Assembly (NCBI GenBank): GCA_009602735.1
Contig: WELA01001729.1
Location: 106,827 to 126,826 of the forward strand
DNA from: Mesotaenium endlicherianum
Lineage: Eukaryota
Length of the DNA stretch: 20,000 nt
Reading direction: 5' to 3'
Shown: piece by piece, positions 1-9,045 of the stretch
Layout of the letters: every line of letters starts with the position of its first letter
Position numbering within the stretch: the stretch's first letter is position 1
The notes under the pieces: generated by a model
The model's input: the letters and a program-made list of their open reading frames with translations, nothing else
What the model was told of the DNA's origin: nothing
Databases searched by the model: none
Position numbers and translations under genes: made by a program

Positions 1-721
1 TGAAATGAATCGACTTATCAAATAGGCAATTAACAATTAATAAAGATCTTTATATCAGCAAGTAATCTTTATGGTATTTTTCGTTAACTGTTTTAACGGC
101 AAAAGGACAACGCACTAGCAGTGAATAATACTCGCCAGTCAAATGAGAGTAAACTAGCATCAATAATGCAAATCAGTAAACTCATACATAAGCAAGGTTA
201 GAAGACAGTGCGTAACAATGGCTTCTCGCCTTGGATTCAGATCTCTCTCAGTAAGCTGTACCAAAGAGTTGGCCTCGTTTCCGAATGCCGAACTCGAGAG
301 CAATGCCTAGCGTATGTACATGGAATGAGTTTACTGTTCAACGGTCAGTGCGATGGCACCGCCTACCCGGGAGTTAACCACGATGGTAGGACCTCGGTTA
401 ACCAAATCCACCGCCATCTCCCATCATCCCGAATAGCCATCCATCATAGGGATGTCATCTGGCCATTCATCTAGCATATCCTACTTAGGTGTATGTCAAG
501 GCAGTTCGCTGCTACCGAGTGCGGAGGTCAGCTGGCTGTCAAAGAATTGGTCAGCAAGCTGACTTATATAAACTTCAGCCTGCTGCTTCCGGCTGAGTCA
601 TTAAACTGATAAATATGTAAAGTCCAGCAGACTAAATATTAACTAAAGTTCAGTAGGCTGAACTTAATTAACTATTATATTTAAACGAATATTATATCTA
701 CTAATATACTGATTCTTTACA
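1..721 (-). repeat. LTR of family-1 chromovirus (solo LTR, or 5' LTR of an element extending left of the window)
   Basis: Starts TGAAATGAATC and ends GATTCTTTACA (TG...CA). Colinear along its full length with 2460-3178 and 10534-11284. Right flank is family-2 pol, with no PPT. Confidence 0.93.
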
Positions 722-2459
722 ATACTCGAGTTGGACTCAGCTGCTCCACCATCAGCAAACTCTGGGTCCTCCTCATAACCTCTCTGAAGCTTCTTCTTGA
801 AGTCCATACTCTCCTTGATGACCGAGACAGCTGCAAGGTCACACCTTCTGGATAAAGCATCTGCAGGGTTGATCTTCCCAGGTGATTACTCAATCTTGTG
901 GTCGAACTGTTGCAGAAACTCCATCCACCTTGCTTGTCTTGGTGTCAACGTTGGTTGCGTCATAAACTTCTCCAAGCTCTTGTGGTCGGTCTTGATGAAC
1001 ACCTTCCGGCCGTCCACATAACATCGCCAAATCCTCAAAGCTTGGATAATAGCCAACATCTCCCGCTCGTGTGCTGCATAGTTTTGCTCAGCAGGACTCA
1101 ACTTCTTGCTCTCATATGCTTCAGGCTGCAATCCTTTGCCCTGGTCTTGGAGAAGAATGGCTGCCACTGCAAAATTTGATGCGTCCGTGATGATGGTGAA
1201 AGGAAGCTCTAAACTTGCAATTGCCAACACGGGTGCCTATGTCAACAGCTTCTTAATCTTCTCGAAGGCTTGCTGCTCCTTGTCACCCCATAGCCACTTC
1301 TCCTGCTTCTTCAACATGTCCATGAGCGGTGCACACACCTTGGCAAATCCTTCAATGAAATGTCGATAATAATTCGCCATGCCGAGGAAACTCCTGAATT
1401 GATGAATATCAGCAGGCACCGGCCAATCTCTGACTGCTTGCATCTTCTTCTGCTCCACCTTGACTCCTTCGGCTTCCACTATATGTCCAAGAAATTCGAC
1501 TTCATTGAGACAGAAGTCGCACTTGCTCATCTTCCCATACAGCTTTTGATCTCTCAAGACCTCCAACATCTTCCTCAGATGCTCCACATGCTCTTCCAAG
1601 GTCTTTGAATAGATCAGGATGTCGTCCAAAAATAGCACCACAAACTGGTCCAAGTAGGGTCTGAAGATACTATTCATGAGTCCCATGAATGTTGCAAATG
1701 CATTAGTCAATCCAAAAGGCATGACCGTGAACTCAAATAAACCATAGCGAGTCCTGAAAGCAGTCTTCTGAACGCCTGCTTCCGCAATCCGTTCCTGGTG
1801 ATAGCCACTCCTCAAATCGATCTTCAAGAAATACTTCGCCCCGACAAGCCTGTCAATTAACTCGTCCACTCGTGGAAATGGGTACCTGTTCTTGATNNNN
1901 NNNNNNNNNNNNNNNNNNNNNNNNNNNNNNNNNNNNNNNNNNNNNNNNNNNNNNNNNNNNNNNNNNNNNNNNNNNNNNNNNNNNNNNNNNNNNNNNNNNN
2001 NNNNNNNNNNNNNNNNNNNNNNNNNNNNNNNNNNNNNNNNNNNNNNNNNNNNNNNNNNNNNNNNNNNNNNNNNNNNNNNNNNNNNNNNNNNNNNNNNNNN
2101 NNNNNNNNNNNNNNNNNNNNNNNNNNNNNNNNNNNNNNNNNNNNNNNNNNNNNNNNNNNNNNNNNNNNNNNNNNNNNNNNNNNNNNNNNNNNNNNNNNNN
2201 NNNNNNNNNNNNNNNNNNNNNNNNNNNNNNNNNNNNNNNNNNNNNNNNNNNNNNNNNNNNNNNNNNNNNNNNNNNNNNNNNNNNNNNNNNNNNNNNNNNN
2301 NNNNNNNNNNNNNCTTCTGAGCAAGGGGATCAGACACCACTACTTGCTCCTTCGGCGATGTACATTCGCCCAGGCTGTTAGGATTCACGCTTGTTCCATC
2401 TGATGACCTGGCCAGGGCCACCGAAACAAGGTACATCTCCTTCACCCGATTCGCCCTGC
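722..2459 (-). pseudogene. pol: Ty3/gypsy family-2 pol fragment (PR-RT linker, RT, RNase H), truncated at both ends by family-1 LTRs
   Basis: Motifs [56 protein letters not shown] and YAAHEREMLAI. In-frame stops at 1237-1239 (TAG) and 886-888 (TAA). Spans the N gap. Confidence 0.9.
1897..2313. other. Assembly gap (417 N)
   Basis: Run of N. Confidence 1.
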
Positions 2460-3178
2460 TGAAATGAATCGCCTTACCAAATAGGCGATTAACAATTAAT
2501 AAAGATCTTTATATCAGCAAGTAATCTTATAGTATTTCCGTTAATTAGTTAAACGGCAAAGGACAATACACTAGCAGGGAATAATACTCGTAAGTCAAAT
2601 GCGAGTAAACTAGCATCAATGATGCAAATCAGTAAACTCATACATAAGCAAGGTTAGAAGACAGTGCGTATCAATGGCTTCTCGCCTTGGATTCAGAGTT
2701 CTCTCAGTAAGCTGTACAAGAGAGTTGGCCTCGTTTCCGAATGCCGAACTCGAGAGCAATGCCTAGCATATGTACATGGAATGAGTTTACTGTTCAACGG
2801 TCAGTGCGATGGCACCGCCTACCCGGGAGTTAACCACGTTGGTAGGACCTCGGTTAATCAAATCCACCGCCCATCTCTTATCATCCCGAATAGCCATCCA
2901 TCATGGGGATGTCATCTGGCCATTCATCTAGCGGGTCGTACTTAGATGCATATCAAGGCAGTTCGCTGCTACCGAGCACGGAAGTCAGCTGGCTGTCAAA
3001 GAATGTGTCAGCAAGCTGACTTAAGTTGACTTCAGCCTGTTGCTTTCGGCCGAGGCATTCAACTGATAATTATGTAAAGTCCAGCAGACTGATTATTAAC
3101 TAAAGTTCAGCAGGCTGAACTGAATTAACTATTAGATTTAAATGAATATTATATCCACTAATATACTGATTCATTACA
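2460..3178 (-). repeat. 3' LTR (719 bp)
   Basis: TGAAATGAATC...GATTCATTACA, an 11-bp terminal inverted repeat with 1 mismatch. Abuts the PPT. Confidence 0.95.
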
Positions 3179-3193
3179 ATCCCTCCAACTTAA
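3179..3193 (-). promoter_or_regulatory. Polypurine tract (plus-strand primer site)
   Basis: Minus strand reads TTAAGTTGGAGGGAT immediately before the TGTAATG start of the 3' LTR. Confidence 0.8.
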
Positions 3194-3291
3194 CATGTTG
3201 TCGCCTCGACAACATTAAACTGCAGAAATTTTAAATAAGGGAGCTGAACCTGACCAGCCTTCCTTACTGACTGCCTCTTCAGCGTGTCACC

Positions 3292-4968
3292 TTAAGGGGT
3301 TGTTCCTGGGGCTTCAGGGTCAGGAGACGGAGAGCTGGACCTAGATCTGGACAGCCCTCTAGGTCTGTCAGCTGGCCTTCTAAAGAACCCTGTTTGCTCT
3401 AAAGTTGGCCCTCGAGGAGAACGGAGGATGGTGGCCTGCTCTTCAACTATTTGGGTGTTGATTCCCACATAGACAGGCATTCCAGTAGGATGCTGAAATA
3501 CATTGGCTAGAGGTACATGCCCCTGAGCGGAGGGGGAGGCTGGCATACTTCTGGCCCACCCGCGTGTCTCTCTTCCGGCACCCCTGTCCTCTGGGGATTT
3601 CTGTCTGTGTCTGCTGCCCAGTACCGTCAGATCAGCTTCTTCCCCTGCTTGGGCAGGTGGGCTGGGGGAGCGAGCGCGGGGTCCAGTTGTCGCCATAACG
3701 GGGATCACATTCCACACACCTGATCGTGGTTCTTTAGGAAGTGCCACTGCCTGTCCCTGGGTATCCTGAGTACCTGCTGCTGATGCTTCTCCTCTGCCTT
3801 GTTCTTCTTCCTCATCCTCCTCATCCTCCTCCTCGGAGAGAGTAGGGGTCTCGTCCACTAAGTCGTCCTGCTCCCTAGTAGACATGGAGTAGTCTACCGA
3901 CCTCCCTTTCTTAGGGCGCGCTGGAGGTTGCTTGGCCTTCAGCCTACTGATATCTATCCGGCCTGCATTCTTTGCCCATTTGACAAAGGCATGCTTTCCC
4001 TTAGAGAAGTACTCTCTTCCCCTCCTCCTATGTTCCTTGGTCTCTGCATTCATATTGCTCAGGCATCCATTCAGCCTGGGGTCCCAAGGGGCAATGTGAG
4101 GTGGTAGGATGAGATAGCCGTCTAGGCCATAGTGGAAGTCATCCGGTTGGGCTCGGTCACACTCCTGCTTCTTATTTGTGACGGTCATCCACCTCCAGTC
4201 TGTTGGCTGCTGGTAGTACTGGGGTCCGTGCTCAGCCTTCCTCAGTTTACACGGGAACCAGTGGGGAGAGAACATCTGCTGTCCTGCTTCCCTGGCCAAG
4301 TACTCCCAGCTCCTTCTCTCAACTTCATTGTAAGCTGGCAGGAGTGTGAGGTAGAATACCGTATCCTTATAGCTATCGGGCCGCAAACTCACCATCCGGA
4401 TGAGTCTCTGATCTCCCACTATTCTCGGTATGGGGACCGGCTTGTCCTCTGAATCATCTGCGAGATACCGGGCCTGCTCTGCTGTATAGCCCACCATCTT
4501 AGCATAATCTTCGTAAAGGACCACGCCGGTGTGTGTCTCGATGTACCTGTCCAGTGCTGTAGCTCCTTCCTTCTGTAGCAGTGTTGTCTGTTCCAGCCTG
4601 TTGATCTCCTGGGCTGCCAGCAATGCTTCCTTCAGGTTATCGAAGTTTTGGCCACCCACCACAGTATACCTGTAAGTGGCCAAGCTCTTCTGCCTGTCCG
4701 CTTCAATCTTTTTTCTTTTCTCCTCGTCTGCCGCTGCCGCTTCTTCTTGCTGTTTCTTCTGTCTCTCCTCCTCAGCCTTCCTGAGGTTTTCCGCTTCCTG
4801 ATTCTTCTTCCTCTGTGCCTCTTCTGCCGCCTCTTGTTGCTTGCGGACCCTTTCTTGTTCTCTCCTGGTGAGGGACGTCGCCGCCAGCTCCTTCTGGTAT
4901 TGCTCCATTGTCCTCCTGGCTTCTTCTGCCTTGCGCTTTCTGTCCTCCTTTTGTGTGGTGGGCGCCAT
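3292..4968 (-). CDS. Extra ORF3 (~558 aa) of unknown function: E/K/R/Q-rich helical N-terminus, ~240-aa aromatic-rich core, acidic tract, low-complexity R/S/P tail
   Basis: Uninterrupted 1.7-kb ORF between pol and the PPT, in the same sense as gag-pol. The ORF-track start at 4992 is TTG. ATG 4968 follows a splice acceptor; an alternative ATG lies at 4977. A homologous decayed copy at 13437-14880 differs mostly at synonymous sites. Confidence 0.85.
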   Translation of the reverse strand: MAPTTQKEDRKRKAEEARRTMEQYQKELAATSLTRREQERVRKQQEAAEEAQRKKNQEAENLRKAEEERQKKQQEEAAAADEEKRKKIEADRQKSLATYRYTVVGGQNFDNLKEALLAAQEINRLEQTTLLQKEGATALDRYIETHTGVVLYEDYAKMVGYTAEQARYLADDSEDKPVPIPRIVGDQRLIRMVSLRPDSYKDTVFYLTLLPAYNEVERRSWEYLAREAGQQMFSPHWFPCKLRKAEHGPQYYQQPTDWRWMTVTNKKQECDRAQPDDFHYGLDGYLILPPHIAPWDPRLNGCLSNMNAETKEHRRRGREYFSKGKHAFVKWAKNAGRIDISRLKAKQPPARPKKGRSVDYSMSTREQDDLVDETPTLSEEEDEEDEEEEQGRGEASAAGTQDTQGQAVALPKEPRSGVWNVIPVMATTGPRARSPSPPAQAGEEADLTVLGSRHRQKSPEDRGAGRETRGWARSMPASPSAQGHVPLANVFQHPTGMPVYVGINTQIVEEQATILRSPRGPTLEQTGFFRRPADRPRGLSRSRSSSPSPDPEAPGTTP

Positions 4969-4999
4969 CCTGCACATGTAACCAGGGCACAAGTTAGTA
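4969..4999 (-). promoter_or_regulatory. Putative branch point and 3' splice acceptor for ORF3 subgenomic mRNA
   Basis: Minus strand: TACTAAC(4999-4993)-TTGTGCCCTGGTTACATG-TGCAG|G-ATG. There is no other AG between the branch point and the acceptor. TACTAAC is kept in the relic copy (13427-13433). Confidence 0.65.
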
Positions 5000-5173
5000 G
5001 GATATGGACCTTTGTCATAGGGATTGCAGGAAGTATGTTAGTATTTAGTATAGTGGCTTCGCTGCTGTTTACCTTACAGGATGATTGCTAAAAGTTGACG
5101 TAGTTGCGATGCGCTACACATAAACGTATGAGTGTGTTTTTATCGCTCTCGCTCACTAACTGTCATATATTTT

Positions 5174-5187
5174 CCCCTCCAACTTAA
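5174..5187 (-). promoter_or_regulatory. Internal duplicate of the PPT just downstream of pol
   Basis: 13 nt (5175-5187) are identical to 3181-3193 (TTAAGTTGGAGGG). Also present in the relic at ~13140-13152. Confidence 0.65.
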
Positions 5188-5235
5188 ATGGAGACAGGAC
5201 CGCCTGTCACCTTCCCGTGTCAACTGAAATGACAG

Positions 5236-8200
5236 TTATGGAGGGACTCCAGCGGCCCGAAGGTGGAACCGTGTCAACGCCCCTTTGGCATTGGTCAAGT
5301 GGTCCTTAAACTCCCAAGTGTCCCCAGAGGCATCGTAACCCTTCCATCGAATGAGGTATTTCATGACATATTTAGACGATCGACGGACCGAGCGAGCGTC
5401 TAAAATCTCATCGACCTCATATTCCTCCGGGTCGCCGTCCCGGACAGCGGGGACCGGTCCCGGTTGGACAGGGAACCGACCTGTGAACAGTGTATCACCT
5501 TTGGTGTACGGTTCCAGGAAGGAGACATTAAAGACCGGGTGCCCATTGTATTCAGTTGACATGTTCAATTTGTAAGCATTCTGACCGACACGACGGACCA
5601 CCAAATATGGACCGACCTTGACAGGGCCAAGCTTTTTCTTGACCACACCAGGGAGGTACAGGTGCTGAGAATGCAGTTTGACTAAATCCCCCTTGGAAAA
5701 TGTCAGTTCCCGACGGTGTTGATTAGCGTATTTTTGTTGGTTTTCTTGGGCCGTGTGCAAGTTTCGTTGGACTTCTGACAGGGTGTCAGCAAACTCCTGA
5801 GTTAACTGGAGGGAGACCGGGTTGTCAATCCCTTCAGGGTGAGTTAAAGATTCCCCTAGCACATCTAGAGGAGACTTAGGGACTCTACCCAGGCTGAGTT
5901 CAAAAGGAGTTTTGCCCGTTGACGCGTGCACCGCACTGTTGACCGCAAACTGAATTTGAGGCAACAGGTCATCCCAATTATCTTGTTTTTGGTTAATATA
6001 TGCTCTCAGCACCTCCTGCAGAACTCGGTTAGTTCTTTCAGTCTGCCCATCAGTCTGAGGGTGGTTTGCTGTGCTGAGCAGCTGTTTGACTCCCATTAAC
6101 CCCATTAAAGCTCTCCAGAACTTAGAGGTGAATTTTGAGTCTCTGTCTGAGATGATATTAGAAGGGAGCCCATGTTGGCATACTACATGGTTGTAAAACT
6201 GTCTCGCTGTTTCGAGTGCAGTCACTTTGACAGTTGTGGGGATAAAAATGACCATTTTTGTCAGTTTATCCACGACTACCAGTATTGAATCATGCCCGTT
6301 GGCAGTTCTTGGTAGTGAGACCACCCAGTCCATGGATATAGTTTCCCAGCGTCCCGCTGGGATGGGTAGCGGTTGCAAGAGACCTCCGGGTGGTGTGTGC
6401 CGAGACTTATTTCTCTGACACTGGTCACAGGACTTGACATATTTCAAGACCTCCCGGGGTAACCCCTCCCAATGATAATGTTTTGCCAGTTTGCCAACAG
6501 TTTTGGCCTGCCCCAAATGTCCACCCAGGAGACTGTCATGAGCTTGACTCAGTAAGAGAGACCTTATTTCCAAGTTATTAGGAATGACCAGCTTCAGCCT
6601 GCCTGAAGTGGTTTCAGTCACCCAGACCCCTCCCTTGAGCTTATACCCGAGTGCAGTAGCACGACACACACCAGTAGTGGGGCTGGGCTCAAATGTTGGG
6701 TCAGAAAGGTAGGCTTTCCTAAGTTGTTCAAGGAAGGACTTTTTCACCTTTAGTGAAGTGAGTGCACACAGGACTTTATCTACAGCATGCTGACTAAAGT
6801 TCCTTTCTTGCAAGTCAGGTCTTCTAGAGAGTGCATCAGCAGGATTCAACTTCCCTGGTTTGTAGTCGATCTGGACTTGGAACTGCTCCAGCATCTGGCT
6901 CCAGCGGTTCTCCCTCCTCGACAGCTTGGACTTCTTCTGAAAGTGGGTCAGAGCTAGATGATCTGTAATCACCTTAAAAGCTTTACCATGTAAGTATGCT
7001 CTCCACTGTTTGAGTACATGAATGATAGCTAGCAGCTCTTTATCATGCACTGAGTAATTAATCTCCGCTGGATTAAATTTCATAGACTCATACAACACAG
7101 GATGCCACTCCTGCCGTACCTTACCATCCTTTGTGGTTTTGTCAGCAGGCTGCAACAAAATAGCACCCATGGCAAAATCAGAGGCATCAGTAACCACCTG
7201 CACCGGTTTGCTGGGGTCATACACGGCTAGCACTGGGGCAGAACAAAGGGCATCTTTAAGGGTCTGGAAGGCAGCCTGCTGCTCTTCCCCCCACACATAC
7301 CCGATGTCTTTCTTAGTAAGGTCAGTCAGTTTACTGGCCTTTGTGGAATAATTCTCAATAAATCTCCTATAGTAGTTAGCCAACCCGAGGAAGGATCTAA
7401 CTTCAGAGACAGACTGTGGTACTGGCCAGTCCCTTATGGTCTGGACTTTCTTAGGATCCACACTGATGCCCTCTTTACTGACAACGTGGCCTAAGAATTC
7501 AATACTTTCCTTAAAGAAATCACACTTGCTCATTTTAGCATACAAGTGATTTTTCCGCAGAGTGTCCAGCACTTTCTTTAAGTGTTCAGTGTGCTGAGCT
7601 TCATCTTTAGAGAAAATTAAAATATCATCCAGGAAAACTTGCACAAACTTATCCAAATAAGGTCTGAAAATGTCATTCATAGCACCCATAAAGGTAGCAG
7701 GAGCATTAGTCAGTCCAAATGGCATCACGTTGAACTCATAGTGTCCATAACGTGTGCGGAAAGCAGTCTTGTGTTCATCCCCCTCAGCAATTCTGATTTG
7801 ATGATAACCACTCTTGAGATCTATCTTACTGAACACCTTAGCGCCAGACAGGGTATCAAGCAAGTCCTCGATTCTGGGTAAAGCATACTTGTTCTTTACT
7901 GTAATTCTGTTCAGGGCTCTGTAATCCACACACATCCGCATACTGCCATCCTTTTTCTTAACAAATAGGATAGGTGCGCCGTACGGTGATTTACTGGGAG
8001 AAATGTAACCATTTTCCTCCAGCTCTGCAATCTGTGTTTTCAACTCCTCGCTCTCCAAATAAGACAAGCCATAAGTGCGTTGCCAGGGTGGCTGGCTACC
8101 AGGTAATAGATCAATCCTATGATCTACTTCCCTTTTAGGGGGTAGTCCTGGAGGCATGTTAAACACATCAGTGTACTGAGCAACAATTTTTGCAGCAGTA

Positions 8201-9045
8201 GGGTGCTCCGGAGGGCTTACCTTTTTCTCAACCACTTCTTCAGGTTGAGGAGGTACCTCTCTTAGCAGCAGACAGAACATTCTGTCTTCCTTCTGGTTCC
8301 AGCTTTTGACGAACTCCATTGCATTCAGCAACTTGCATCCTTCTGGAAGCCTCTTCTTTTCCTTCATTTGCCATCCACACAGGACAAGAGGAAGAGCACT
8401 GGTGGGTGCCAAGTCAGTCTGCCCATCACTGGCTCCTCTCACTTTAACTGTACCTCTGCTCCAACACACTTCAGCTTGATGTCTATTAAGCCAGGACCTG
8501 CCTAGCACGAGATCATAAAAGCCAGTGTTGAGTACCTCAAATGTAAGCGTTTCAGTTAGAACTGCAATGCCAGAACCTAACTGGACCTCAATAGGCTTGG
8601 TTATAACTCCTCCCGGGATACTTGAGGCATCTCCAAGGAATATTTTTCTATTCCCTTGGGTGACAGTAGGCAGCCTTAGCCGCTTAACTAAGTCCTTGTG
8701 GATAAAAGTATGTGACGCCCCTCCGTCAACAAATGCCCTCACCTTCCTACCTGCAATCATGCAATGCAGTAGGATAGGGGGGACTGTCTTTTCCTGACTT
8801 TCGCATTGTTCTCCTGACGTAGCAAAGAAATGTTGGACATCAGGTGGAACAAGAGCATCCAGAGTGTGCACTCTCTGGACGTCTATATTACTGATGGTCT
8901 CCTTTATCTGTTTGTCAGGCATGCATAGTGAATCCAGTTCAGCAGGACCCATAATACCTGCTACGAGGGCAGCTAGTGACGACTCACTATCTCTAGCATC
9001 CTCACAGTCAGTAGACTGGATTACTGACTGTTGCTGTCTTTTAAA
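5236..9045 (-). CDS. pol: Pol polyprotein: aspartic protease, reverse transcriptase, RNase H, integrase, chromodomain (in the -1 frame relative to gag; first ATG at 8952)
   Basis: [11 protein letters not shown]...[68 protein letters not shown]6-H...C-X2-[21 protein letters not shown] motif. The frame is open from 9066. Confidence 0.96.
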   Translation of the reverse strand, partial: FKRQQQSVIQSTDCEDARDSESSLAALVAGIMGPAELDSLCMPDKQIKETISNIDVQRVHTLDALVPPDVQHFFATSGEQCESQEKTVPPILLHCMIAGRKVRAFVDGGASHTFIHKDLVKRLRLPTVTQGNRKIFLGDASSIPGGVITKPIEVQLGSGIAVLTETLTFEVLNTGFYDLVLGRSWLNRHQAEVCWSRGTVKVRGASDGQTDLAPTSALPLVLCGWQMKEKKRLPEGCKLLNAMEFVKSWNQKEDRMFCLLLREVPPQPEEVVEKKVSPPEHPTAAKIVAQYTDVFNMPPGLPPKREVDHRIDLLPGSQPPWQRTYGLSYLESEELKTQIAELEENGYISPSKSPYGAPILFVKKKDGSMRMCVDYRALNRITVKNKYALPRIEDLLDTLSGAKVFSKIDLKSGYHQIRIAEGDEHKTAFRTRYGHYEFNVMPFGLTNAPATFMGAMNDIFRPYLDKFVQVFLDDILIFSKDEAQHTEHLKKVLDTLRKNHLYAKMSKCDFFKESIEFLGHVVSKEGISVDPKKVQTIRDWPVPQSVSEVRSFLGLANYYRRFIENYSTKASKLTDLTKKDIGYVWGEEQQAAFQTLKDALCSAPVLAVYDPSKPVQVVTDASDFAMGAILLQPADKTTKDGKVRQEWHPVLYESMKFNPAEINYSVHDKELLAIIHVLKQWRAYLHGKAFKVITDHLALTHFQKKSKLSRRENRWSQMLEQFQVQIDYKPGKLNPADALSRRPDLQERNFSQHAVDKVLCALTSLKVKKSFLEQLRKAYLSDPTFEPSPTTGVCRATALGYKLKGGVWVTETTSGRLKLVIPNNLEIRSLLLSQAHDSLLGGHLGQAKTVGKLAKHYHWEGLPREVLKYVKSCDQCQRNKSRHTPPGGLLQPLPIPAGRWETISMDWVVSLPRTANGHDSILVVVDKLTKMVIFIPTTVKVTALETARQFYNHVVCQHGLPSNIISDRDSKFTSKFWRALMGLMGVKQLLSTANHPQTDGQTERTNRVLQEVLRAYINQKQDNWDDLLPQIQFAVNSAVHASTGKTPFELSLGRVPKSPLDVLGESLTHPEGIDNPVSLQLTQEFADTLSEVQRNLHTAQENQQKYANQHRRELTFSKGDLVKLHSQHLYLPGVVKKKLGPVKVGPYLVVRRVGQNAYKLNMSTEYNGHPVFNVSFLEPYTKGDTLFTGRFPVQPGPVPAVRDGDPEEYEVDEILDARSVRRSSKYVMKYLIRWKGYDASGDTWEFKDHLTNAKGALTRFHLRAAGVPP
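5260..5427 (-). other. Integrase C-terminal chromodomain (canonical aromatic-cage type)
   Basis: [12 protein letters not shown]...[22 protein letters not shown] retains the Y, W and Y cage positions. Confidence 0.9.
9004..9045 (-). promoter_or_regulatory. Putative -1 programmed ribosomal frameshift signal (gag to pol)
   Basis: Heptamer T TTA AAA (9045-9039) in gag phase, 7-nt spacer, then perfect 10-bp stem ACAGTCAGTA/TACTGACTGT with 8-nt loop (9031-9004). Pol is in the -1 frame and overlaps gag here. Confidence 0.85.

Noticed and set aside
208..474. 88-93-aa ORF recurring at 208, 2664 and 10740
   Set aside because: It recurs only because it lies in the LTR. It is antisense to the element, has a GTG start, is frameshifted in the 2664 copy, and has no recognisable motif.
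1857..2324. ORFs spanning X runs
   Set aside because: Artefacts of the N gap.
2455..2459. CCTGC/CCTAT as a mutated 5-bp TSD
   Set aside because: Only 3 of 5 bases match, and the two flanks belong to different families in opposite orientation.
1..3178. LTR-(RT-RH)-LTR as a small element of its own
   Set aside because: There is no PBS left of 2460 and no PPT right of 721. The interior is a truncated family-2 pol interrupted by two insertions.
3292..4968. Calling ORF3 env
   Set aside because: No signal peptide, TM anchor or fusion-peptide-like hydrophobic segment is visible.
4648..5091. Hydrophobic 147-aa plus-strand ORF resembling a membrane or env protein
   Set aside because: It is the antisense shadow of the GAA/AAG-rich helical region of ORF3. 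L/F/S richness is expected from the reverse complement.
8710..8735. Protease motif DGG instead of D(S/T)G as an inactivating mutation
   Set aside because: The same DGGAS occurs in the relic (~15685), and DGG variants are known in other gypsy proteases.
9014..9021. Pseudoknot between loop AUCC and downstream GGAU
   Set aside because: Only 2 nt would span a 10-bp stem, which is sterically implausible. A simple hairpin is retained.
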